In this document: one piece after another, positions 8,827-16,478 of the stretch
Numbering within the stretch: the stretch's first letter is position 1
Layout of the letters: each line of letters starts with the position of its first letter
DNA from: Gemmatimonadota bacterium
GTDB lineage: Bacteria > Latescibacterota > UBA2968 > UBA8231
DNA length: 18,859 bases
NCBI GenBank assembly: GCA_038153405.1
Contig: JAYOYH010000071.1
Span: 1 to 18,859 of the forward strand
Direction of reading: 5' to 3'
The notes under the pieces: generated by a model
What the model saw: the letters and a program-made list of their open reading frames with translations, nothing else
The model's database searches: none
What the model was told of the DNA's origin: nothing
Position numbers and translations under genes: made by a program

Positions 8827-9714
8827 ATGACAGCCGATCGAAGATTCGACCTGCACTGCGATGGACGCGACTATGTGCTCTACAATATGGACTGCATCGA
8901 GGGCATGCAGCAGCACCTGGAGCCTGGCTCGGTCGACGTGGTCGTCACGTCGCCGCCCTATAACCTCGGCACTAGCTACAAAAGCTACGACGACAGTATG
9001 GGTCGCGCTGACTATGTGGAGTGGATGGGACGGTGGGCACAGACGGTCTGTACCATTCTCGCCGATGACGGTTCGCTGTTCCTAAATATCGGCGGCAAAC
9101 CAAGTGATCCGTGGGGCCCTTTCGAAGTGCTCTTTCAACTGCGCGAGCACTTTGCGCTGCAAAATACCATTCACTGGATCAAGTCGATTGCCATTCAAAA
9201 AGCAGACGTCGGCCGCTATCCTGGAATCAGCACCAATGTTTCCGTTGGGCACTACAAGCCCATCAACAGCCCGCGCTACGTAAACGACTGTCACGAGTAT
9301 ATCTTCCACCTGACTAAGAGCGGACGGGTTGCCCTGGACCGCTTAGGCGTTGGCGTCGAGTATCAGGACAAGAGCAATATCAACCGCTTTGGCTCGGCCA
9401 ATCGCCCCGATCGGCGCTGTCGCGGCAATACCTGGTTTGTGCCCTACAAGACGATCAAAAGTCGAGACAAGCAACGCCCCCATCCGGCTACCTTCCCTAC
9501 TAAAATACCTCAGATGTGTATCCAACTGCACGGCGTCGAACAGACGCGCTGCGTGCTCGATCCGTTCATGGGCATAGGCCACACGGCGGCAGCCTGCGCA
9601 CAGCTTGGGGTTCGCTGCATTGGTTTTGAGTTAGAGAGAGAGTATTTCCTGCAGTCGCAGCGCGTTTTAGAAGAGGCGTTGGCTGCGCAGAAATTGGATA
9701 TGCCCGCGAGCTGA
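8827..9714 (+). CDS. Beta-class N4-cytosine DNA methyltransferase, M.MjaV-like (GTAC predicted)
   Basis: Catalytic VVVTSPPYN precedes the SAM-binding VLDPFMGIG (beta order), with HPATFP between. LQNTIHWIKSIAIQK, VGHYKPINS and YQDKSNI match my recollection of M.MjaV. Confidence 0.88.
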   Translation: MTADRRFDLHCDGRDYVLYNMDCIEGMQQHLEPGSVDVVVTSPPYNLGTSYKSYDDSMGRADYVEWMGRWAQTVCTILADDGSLFLNIGGKPSDPWGPFEVLFQLREHFALQNTIHWIKSIAIQKADVGRYPGISTNVSVGHYKPINSPRYVNDCHEYIFHLTKSGRVALDRLGVGVEYQDKSNINRFGSANRPDRRCRGNTWFVPYKTIKSRDKQRPHPATFPTKIPQMCIQLHGVEQTRCVLDPFMGIGHTAAACAQLGVRCIGFELEREYFLQSQRVLEEALAAQKLDMPAS

Positions 9715-9730
9715 GGAACAACGCGTACTG

Positions 9731-9874
9731 CGGCGACGAGTGTATGCCGTGACGCTACGGACATAGAAGCGAAATCTGCTTCAAGTACTGCAGCTAGCGC
9801 AGACAAAGAAGAATTGCTTTCTATACTCACCGGAATTCCACATGCGGCGGTCAGTGCTCGGGCGACTCTCGCCG
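9731..9874. ncRNA. Candidate structured RNA element in a convergent intergenic gap (family unassigned)
   Basis: Nested complementary segments: 9731-9741 with 9865-9874, 9763-9770 with 9816-9824, and 9775-9779 with 9799-9803. Folded by eye only. Confidence 0.25.
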
Positions 9875-9889
9875 GAGAAGGTCTTTTTT
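9864..9889 (+). terminator. Possible intrinsic terminator after the ggt/methyltransferase unit
   Basis: Bulged hairpin GACTCTC-GCCG-GAGA(AG)GTC followed directly by T6. Confidence 0.45.
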
Positions 9890-9952
9890 ATAGAGCGAAA
9901 TGTGTCCCTATGTAGGGGGCGGGCACGTCGGTTGGATACGTCGGATTAGCCG

Positions 9953-11290
9953 TCAGAATGTTTCGGGTTTGGGCGTCGAGGGCGGCCAATAGCCGGTCGA
10001 GTCTTCGCTCCACGGCGCACCGCACAGTCGCGAAATGACCTGCCATTCGGAGGCGGTCAAATGGCCGTGGTTGTGAAATAGAAAGCGCTCCAATCCCGCA
10101 GCCTGCGACGCCTGCAAAATGCGGTGTAGGTCGCCTGCCGTCATCGGGTCACCGCCGTGCGGCATGCGCCCAGTATCGACCCAGGGCAGGACTTTGCCCG
10201 GGCAAGAGGCGGCTATGGCGCGCCTCGTTTCAGTGTATACCACTTCGTCAAAGAAGGACTGGGGAAAGCCCAAGTCCATATCGGCGAGCGACTGCACGTC
10301 GGGTAATTCAATGCCCAGCCAGGCCTTGGCCAGCGCAAAGCACTGCGCTTCGCTCAGGCTGGGATTCCACGCGCTGAGTTGCTTGACCCAGCGCGCCAGC
10401 GTGCCGTATAGCCCGTCAAAACCGCGGTGCCAAAAGTAGTGTTTGACCAGCAAGAAATCGAGCACCTCGTTCCAGGCGCAAAAGTCCATGCCCGTCATAC
10501 CGGAAAACACGGCCGAGCGCAGGCCGTTGCCCAGCAACAGCGGGCGCGGCAGTTGAGCCAGTTCCGCGCGCGCGGCGTGCGCCTCATCGAGGCCGTCGCG
10601 GCGCCGCCAGCGCAGCCAGTAGAGCGCGTCTTCGTCGATGTCAAATAGCTGCAGACCCTGCAGCAGGCCGTAGTGTCCGTAGTAGTCGATCTGCGCTGGC
10701 GTAAACGAGCGAAAGCGCGCTTCCAGCCTGGCCAAGCCGCGCTGCAGGCGTCCGCCATCCCAACCGCGCACTTCGGCCTTTTCCAACTCGGCTGCACTCA
10801 GCGGACGGAATACCGCATTGCCGTGGTGAAATACCAGTTCGTAGGATGACTCGGTCCAGCCGTCGACAATGCCGCCGTCGACGGCTGGGAAGGCGGAAAA
10901 GACGTCGTCCCACACGGCGGCCATGTAGTGCGCGCCATAGGGATCGTCCTGCGCGGATAGGGCCTTGGCGGGGGTCGTGCCCTGTCCGGGGCAGAAAATC
11001 ATCGTCGTCCAGCCGCGCTCTTTGGCCTGTTCAAACAGGCGCTGCAGCTGTTGGCTGCGCTTTGCATCGGTTGCGCGCACTGCGCTGACTTCCATGCCGC
11101 GGGCGCGGTAGGCTTCGGTCTTTGTCTCAAAGGCGGGAATGGTGTACTGACCTTCTCCGTCGGCAAAGAGCAGGCGCCCGACGACGAGGCCGCGCACGCC
11201 TCCCGCCTCCCAGGCATCCAGGCAGCGGTCGCAGTCGTCAAGGACGGGCTCGAGCGGTTGGCCGATGCGCATCCACGCTTCTAACGCCAT
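9953..11290 (-). CDS. Hypothetical protein, 445 aa, probably a soluble alpha/beta enzyme
   Basis: Long ORF starting 6 bp after the upstream stop; protein-like composition; no signal peptide; no family motif recognised. Confidence 0.8.
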   Translation of the reverse strand: MALEAWMRIGQPLEPVLDDCDRCLDAWEAGGVRGLVVGRLLFADGEGQYTIPAFETKTEAYRARGMEVSAVRATDAKRSQQLQRLFEQAKERGWTTMIFCPGQGTTPAKALSAQDDPYGAHYMAAVWDDVFSAFPAVDGGIVDGWTESSYELVFHHGNAVFRPLSAAELEKAEVRGWDGGRLQRGLARLEARFRSFTPAQIDYYGHYGLLQGLQLFDIDEDALYWLRWRRRDGLDEAHAARAELAQLPRPLLLGNGLRSAVFSGMTGMDFCAWNEVLDFLLVKHYFWHRGFDGLYGTLARWVKQLSAWNPSLSEAQCFALAKAWLGIELPDVQSLADMDLGFPQSFFDEVVYTETRRAIAASCPGKVLPWVDTGRMPHGGDPMTAGDLHRILQASQAAGLERFLFHNHGHLTASEWQVISRLCGAPWSEDSTGYWPPSTPKPETF

Positions 11291-11296
11291 GGCGAT

Positions 11297-11986
11297 TTAC
11301 TCCGTCGATGCATCAGGCGCGTCATCGAGCAGTACGGGGGCATCTTCGGGCTCTTCTTCCAGCCCATACAGGCGGCGGCGCGCGTTTTTCGCTTCTCGTA
11401 GTTTTGCCACCTGCGCCGGATTGAGCACGTATTCAAAGGCGAGGCGGTGGGCCCGGCGCAGCGTCTGCAGCTGTTCGCCCGTTGGATATTCGCCTCCGCT
11501 GTTGAGCGCGCGCCATTCCTCCCGTTGCTGCCATAGCAGCATGCGCACCTGTTCTTCTTGCAGCGGGCTTAATCGCAGGCGCGCGAAATCCTGTATCTCG
11601 CCCGTTCCCCGTGCGCTATAAACGCTCTGCAAGCGGTCTACTTGCTCTTCGCTTAACAGCGCGGCGCGGCTCTGGCGATGGCTGGCCAGCGCCATTTTTA
11701 TCTGCCAGCGCGCCTCTTCCTCATCGAGTTCGCCTCCTTCGACCTGTCGGCGAATGGACGCGAGTTGATCGACTAGGGTTTGGCGCAGGTCTTGCAGTGG
11801 CAGCCGCTGGTCGTCGCTCAGCGCTAGCGCATTGTGCAGGCGCTGTTCCCATTGGCGCTGCGGCGAGTGGTCGGCTTCCGATGCAGCAGGTGCACGGTCT
11901 GCAATCGCTGCTTGGCTCGTCGGCTGAGCTTGAGTGGACGCACAGTGCAGCAGACCCACCAGCACCGCTGCTATAATTCTTGCCAT
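11297..11986 (-). CDS. Exported helical protein with Spy/CpxP-like LTxxQ repeats
   Basis: Signal peptide MARIIAAVLVGLLHCASTQA; LSDDQ, LSEEQ, LSPLQ and LNPAQ motifs. GGGAG SD supports ATG 11986 rather than 12037. Confidence 0.7.
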   Translation of the reverse strand: MARIIAAVLVGLLHCASTQAQPTSQAAIADRAPAASEADHSPQRQWEQRLHNALALSDDQRLPLQDLRQTLVDQLASIRRQVEGGELDEEEARWQIKMALASHRQSRAALLSEEQVDRLQSVYSARGTGEIQDFARLRLSPLQEEQVRMLLWQQREEWRALNSGGEYPTGEQLQTLRRAHRLAFEYVLNPAQVAKLREAKNARRRLYGLEEEPEDAPVLLDDAPDASTE

Positions 11987-12008
11987 TGTAGGATCTCCCG
12001 TTTTGTCC

Positions 12009-13589
12009 CTACACGCGGAAGACGCGCATTGATCCATCGTCGGAATCTTCTTCTCGCTCTGATTCGATCTGAAACATGACTTCGTCGCCCTCTTTGTTAA
12101 TGCGATCTAGCTCTTGGCTGTTAAGGTCGGGAAAGAGGCGCGGCACGCGCTGCGTGAGAAAGCTCTTCACCTTTTGTCTACCGGTAGAAGCCTGCGGCAC
12201 GGATTTATAAAGCCGTGCCACGGTCTTGCGTATGTGCAAGCGCAGGACATGCATGTGCAGCGGCGTTTCTTTGACGAGTTGCCTGATGAGCTCCACCAGG
12301 CAGCTCATGGAAGACGCTGTACGCGTGCGCTGTATCTCGTCGGCCGAATTGAGCTGCCGCGACAATTCCTCGCTATTCAAGGAGCGCAGGTCGTCGACAA
12401 AACTTTCTCTGATGCGCCAGAACGTGACTTTGCCAACGGAGATCGCATGGCGGTAGGGCGTCAGATTGGCCAGCAACATGCGCACTTCGTGATCCTGTCG
12501 CTTGACCATCTGAATCGCATTTTCCAGCAGGGTTTCGTCGTGTTCTAGCCCATCTAAAATCGGTTTGAGGTCGCTTTCCTGGTCTGCCATGACGATCTCT
12601 TTATGCTGAATCAATAAGCGCAATACGCCATCGCGCTCGGCCGGCAGTCGGCGCAGACCTTCAAAAATGTGTATGTGGTGCACGCCGAAGAGAATGGCCT
12701 GCTGCAGTTTTTCGTTGACCGCCTGTCGATGCTCGACCTTGCTGCGCCGGTGTTCGGCCTCTTGCTGATCGATCTTGCCGGCGCTTAGCGCGTCGTCGAC
12801 GCTGTGGAGTTCCTCAAGTGTTTGCACGTCCTCCTCGTCGAGTATTCCCTGCTGTTTATAGGCCATTATATAGCTGCGCGCGCGCGTGGTTTCCTCCGAC
12901 ATGATTTGCTGCTCGCGCTCTACCATCAGCTGCTCGTGCTGCCTGTTTTCCTCATCGGCGGCACGCACTTTCTGCAAGGGTGACAGCTCTTCTGCCCCTT
13001 CCCCATCGCCCTTTGGTTGGACCTTAGCTGCCAGGGGTGCTGCGGCTTTTTTTGCAGCTCGCTTCTTGGTCGGTCGCTTTTCTCTTTCTTTTGCAATGAG
13101 TTCGTCCAGCGGCACGTCTAGCTGCTTGCTGTTGACCACTTGCTCGATGATTCGTTCGATACTACGCGGCAGCCCCTTATCTCCTAGGTCGATGCCGATG
13201 CTCTCCAAAAAGAGCACTGTGCGTCTTTCGCGCACCATGTTTTTTATGCGCTCAATCCCCTCCTTAAGCGCGTCCTCGGAATCGTCGCCCAACCGGTCTA
13301 ACAAGGTGCGCGTGTAGGAAATCATCATGTTCTTTATGCCGAAGACCAAGTATTTGTTGGGATGTTCGGCATTGACGCGCTGGATCATGGTGAGCATGGC
13401 GGCGCGGATCTTAGGTGAGGCCTCTATGCCGACTAGGCGCTTAAACTCCTCTTGCATCAGCTCGAGAAACTGTTCATCCGCAATAAGCACGTCACCGCGG
13501 TGAAGGCGTTGGTCGACGCGCTTCCACAGCGCCAAGCGCAGCTTGCTGGGCAAGGCCGTCTGCCAGTCGGTGCTTTCTTCGCTTTCCAT
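12009..13589 (-). CDS. Hypothetical protein, 526 aa, charged and predicted mostly helical
   Basis: Long ORF starting 8 bp after the xth stop with TAAGGA immediately upstream; E/K/R/L-rich; no family recognised. Confidence 0.85.
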   Translation of the reverse strand: MESEESTDWQTALPSKLRLALWKRVDQRLHRGDVLIADEQFLELMQEEFKRLVGIEASPKIRAAMLTMIQRVNAEHPNKYLVFGIKNMMISYTRTLLDRLGDDSEDALKEGIERIKNMVRERRTVLFLESIGIDLGDKGLPRSIERIIEQVVNSKQLDVPLDELIAKEREKRPTKKRAAKKAAAPLAAKVQPKGDGEGAEELSPLQKVRAADEENRQHEQLMVEREQQIMSEETTRARSYIMAYKQQGILDEEDVQTLEELHSVDDALSAGKIDQQEAEHRRSKVEHRQAVNEKLQQAILFGVHHIHIFEGLRRLPAERDGVLRLLIQHKEIVMADQESDLKPILDGLEHDETLLENAIQMVKRQDHEVRMLLANLTPYRHAISVGKVTFWRIRESFVDDLRSLNSEELSRQLNSADEIQRTRTASSMSCLVELIRQLVKETPLHMHVLRLHIRKTVARLYKSVPQASTGRQKVKSFLTQRVPRLFPDLNSQELDRINKEGDEVMFQIESEREEDSDDGSMRVFRV

Positions 13590-13597
13590 TCTTATTC

Positions 13598-14371
13598 TTA
13601 GGATAGTTCGAGTGCGAGCGGGCAGTGGTCCGAACCGAGCACTTCGGGAAGGTGATAGGCCTTCTTGGCCCTAGGTTGCAGGCACGCGCTAACAAAGTGG
13701 TAGTCAATGCGCCATCCGATATTGCGCTGGCGCACGCCCTGGCGGTTTGACCACCAGGTATAGTGCCCCTCTGCGCTCCCCTGGATTGCACGGAAAATAT
13801 CGACGTATCCAGCGGCGATCAACTCGTCTATCCAGGCCCTTTCCACCGGCAAAAAACCCGTCGTATGTTCGTTGGCTTTTGGGCGCGCGAGGTCAATGGG
13901 ATGGTGCGCGGTATTGAAGTCGCCGCACAGCACCTGGCTCTCGCCGCGCGCGCTACGAGAGCGACAGTGTTCTAAGAAGGCGGCACAGTACTCCATCTTG
14001 TATGGAACGCGCGCATGGTCGCGCTGTCCGTTGGGGAAATAGGCATTGATGAGCGTAAAGTCGTCAAAACGCGCAGTCAGCGTGCGGCCCTCGCGGTCAA
14101 AGGTGGGGTCGCCAAGGCCTTCAATCACATCCAGCGGCTCCCTCTTTGCAAAAATCGCCACGCCGCTATAGCCCTTTTTCTCGGCGCGAGAAAAATAGCC
14201 CCTGTAGCCCAGCGGGCGCAGCAGGTCATCTTCCAGCTGTTCGGGCCAGGCGCGGGTCTCCTGCACGCTAAGCACATCTGGTTTGGCCGATTTCAGCCAG
14301 TCGTGGAAGCCCTTGCGCGCCGCCGAGCGGATGCCGTTGACGTTCCACGATATGAGTTTTTTGCGCTTCAC
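13598..14371 (-). CDS. xth: Exodeoxyribonuclease III / AP endonuclease
   Basis: SWNVNGIR, QET, GYSGVA, YFPNG, GDFN, YTWW, GWRIDY and GSDHCP. The GTG start overlaps the upstream TGA (GTGA). Confidence 0.95.
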   Translation of the reverse strand: MKRKKLISWNVNGIRSAARKGFHDWLKSAKPDVLSVQETRAWPEQLEDDLLRPLGYRGYFSRAEKKGYSGVAIFAKREPLDVIEGLGDPTFDREGRTLTARFDDFTLINAYFPNGQRDHARVPYKMEYCAAFLEHCRSRSARGESQVLCGDFNTAHHPIDLARPKANEHTTGFLPVERAWIDELIAAGYVDIFRAIQGSAEGHYTWWSNRQGVRQRNIGWRIDYHFVSACLQPRAKKAYHLPEVLGSDHCPLALELS

Positions 14372-15198
14372 GTTCCCGCTCGTTCAAGCAGATTGTGCAA
14401 GGTCAAACCGAGAATCTTCTCTCGGTCGGCCGGTGCGACAAATGGACAGTGGGTGCGAAAGGCCTCCAGCGCGTGCTGGTAGGTCATATTAAAGCGCACG
14501 ACGGGATAGTCCGAGCCCCAGCACAGGCGATCGCCGCCAAAGTGCGCATACAGGGCGCGTACCCCAGGGTGCGTATCCAAGTGTGGATAGTCCCAGGATA
14601 CACTTGATACATAATGGAACCCGGATAGCTTGATGTAAATATTGCTCACCTCAGACGAGCGCAATACTTCCTCCATGCTATCCTCGCCCATGCGGGCACC
14701 GGCCATGTGGTGGCAGAGAAAGGGTACGGTGGGAAATGTTCTGGCCAGTTTGCGCAGCGCCGGCTGCCACTGGGGCCCCAGTGCCAATGAGGCGATGAGA
14801 TTGCACTCGGCTGCCTTTTCGAAAAAGGCCAGTCCCTCTTGGGAGGCAAACCAGTCGGTATCGCCCTTCAGATAGTGGGTAAATCCCTTGAGCTGGTACT
14901 GGCGCGCGGCCTGTTCAAGCCGCTGGGCGGCCCCCGGCACGTGATAGGTATCGCTCCAAGAGCAATCGACGTCGGCAAACTGCACTAGGCGCTCTGGGTA
15001 TTGGCGCACGCATTCGGCAACGTAGTCGTTGTTGTCGGAGTTGTGCTCAATGCGGGCACATACCAGCACGGCCCTATTTACTTCGTGGCGATCCATTTCC
15101 CAGAGCAATTGTTCGACAAGGCCCCGGCTTTCGGGATCGGGTACGGGCGGCTGGTAGGGCCAGCGCCGCCAGGCGTGCGTATGGGAGTCGATGATCAT
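14368..15198 (-). CDS. Amidohydrolase family protein (Amidohydro_2, lactonase-like)
   Basis: IIDSHTH metal motif, LCHHMAG, YIKLSG and WGSDYP. ATG 15198 gives the typical MIIDxHxH start. Confidence 0.88.
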   Translation of the reverse strand: MIIDSHTHAWRRWPYQPPVPDPESRGLVEQLLWEMDRHEVNRAVLVCARIEHNSDNNDYVAECVRQYPERLVQFADVDCSWSDTYHVPGAAQRLEQAARQYQLKGFTHYLKGDTDWFASQEGLAFFEKAAECNLIASLALGPQWQPALRKLARTFPTVPFLCHHMAGARMGEDSMEEVLRSSEVSNIYIKLSGFHYVSSVSWDYPHLDTHPGVRALYAHFGGDRLCWGSDYPVVRFNMTYQHALEAFRTHCPFVAPADREKILGLTLHNLLERAGT

Positions 15199-15509
15199 AA
15201 GCGGCGTTTCACCCTTCAACTATCGAGGTCAACATGCGTCGGCTTTGACGAAATTCAAGTAGAAAATAACGCGCTAGCCGCCAATAGTCCACCGAACGCC
15301 GTCGCTCAAAGCACTCGGGATCGGCGTGGTAGAGCGGAGTAGAAGCGCGTCTGCGTGCCATTTTTATTTTATACAAATAGTTGTTTTTATATATTTTATG
15401 ATTTTACACGTAAGTTGATTCTATACCCATAGGGATAAGGGGCGCGCTCGCCAAGGGGCAGTAGCGCGAGCGCGGCTCGTATGGGGCGTCCATTGAAACG
15501 AGGGGTCTT

Positions 15510-16307
15510 ATGGCTGGATACGAGTTTATACTGTTCGAGGTAAACGAGCGCGTCGCCTGGATTACGCTCAACAGGCCGGAGGTGCTCAACGCCATGCACC
15601 CGCCGATGGCTGCCGAACTGCGCGATGCTTGGAGGCGAGTGCGCGACGACGACGAGATATGGATGGGCGTTTTGACCGGCAGCGGTGAGCGCGCTTTTAG
15701 CGCGGGATCTGACCTGAAGTGGCGCAGCCAACAGGGCGAAGAGGCGCGCGCGCACAACCGCGGCGAAGTGGCCGACGACGAGGCGCTGGGCTTTCAGCGC
15801 GGGCGCGACTGTTGGAAGCCCCTGCTGGCCGCGGTCAACGGCTATGCCGTGGGCGGAGGGTTGGAACTGGTGCTTGGTTGCGATATCGTCGTGGCGGCCG
15901 ATAACGCGCGCTTTGGGCTGCCGGAGGTGCGTCGGGGGTTGATGGCCGACGGTGCAGGCATACATCGTCTGATGCGCCGCGTCCCCTATTCCATGGCTAT
16001 GGCCATGGTGCTGAGCGGTCAGTTTGTCGAAGCGCAGGACGCGCTGCGCATGGGCTTGGTCAACGAAGTGGTAGCGGCGGCTGAACTGCGCGCAGCGGCC
16101 GAGCGCTGGGTTGAGCAGATTATGGAGTGTGCTCCCCTATCGCTGCGCGCCAGCAAAGAGGCAGCGCAGCGCGGGCTGGAAATGCCGCTGTGGGACGCGG
16201 TCGGCCGGGTCTTCCCACAGGCGGAAAAACTGTATGAATCGGCGGACTTTATAGAGGGACCGCAGGCCTTTGCCCAGAAGCGTACCCCAGAGTGGAAAGG
16301 TCGATGA
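15510..16307 (+). CDS. Enoyl-CoA hydratase/isomerase (crotonase, CaiD-like)
   Basis: ITLNRPEVLNA, AFSAGSDLK, AAVNGYAVGGGLE, FGLPEV (both catalytic Glu present) and EGPQAFAQKRTPEWKG. GAGGGG SD. Confidence 0.92.
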   Translation: MAGYEFILFEVNERVAWITLNRPEVLNAMHPPMAAELRDAWRRVRDDDEIWMGVLTGSGERAFSAGSDLKWRSQQGEEARAHNRGEVADDEALGFQRGRDCWKPLLAAVNGYAVGGGLELVLGCDIVVAADNARFGLPEVRRGLMADGAGIHRLMRRVPYSMAMAMVLSGQFVEAQDALRMGLVNEVVAAAELRAAAERWVEQIMECAPLSLRASKEAAQRGLEMPLWDAVGRVFPQAEKLYESADFIEGPQAFAQKRTPEWKGR

Positions 16308-16343
16308 GACGCACGCGGCGGCGCGAGGGGCGCACAATAATTG

Positions 16344-16372
16344 TTGGATAGAGTGGATTGACTTAGTATCTT
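16344..16372 (+). promoter_or_regulatory. Weak candidate sigma70 promoter for the MBL hydrolase gene
   Basis: TTGGAT-17 nt-TATCTT, preceded by the small palindrome ACAAT-A-ATTGT (16334-16344). Confidence 0.3.
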
Positions 16373-16478
16373 GGCGCGGAGTGAAAGAGAATGCTGCTAC
16401 TTGCAGAGCAGACGGCAGGCCCCAGTGCTTATGTGCCGACCAAGTAAAATCGCGTAGCGGAGCAGTAAGGAGGGCTGT

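Noticed and set aside
9510..9830. 106-aa minus-strand ORF
   Set aside because: It overlaps the methyltransferase antisense by about 200 bp, lacks a clear SD and has no recognisable motif.
9738..9831. Canonical tRNA gene
   Set aside because: The stems are cloverleaf-like, but there is no D-loop GG, no U33, no TTC T-loop and no CCA. Kept only as an unassigned structure.
9712..9915. Selenocysteine or stop read-through of the methyltransferase (frame stays open for 66 codons after TGA)
   Set aside because: The enzyme is already complete, the extension has no recognisable motif, I see no convincing SECIS hairpin at the expected spacing, and such open stretches are common at this GC content.
8827..14371. 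Defence island or complete restriction-modification system (methyltransferase, xth, unknowns)
   Set aside because: No PD-(D/E)xK, HNH, ATPase or other defence motif recognised in the unknown proteins, and no mobility genes or compositional break.
15345..15360. Sigma54 promoter (minus-strand TGGCACG)
   Set aside because: The -12 GC is out of register and TTGC is absent.
15396..15965. 189-aa minus-strand ORF
   Set aside because: Antisense shadow of the crotonase gene.
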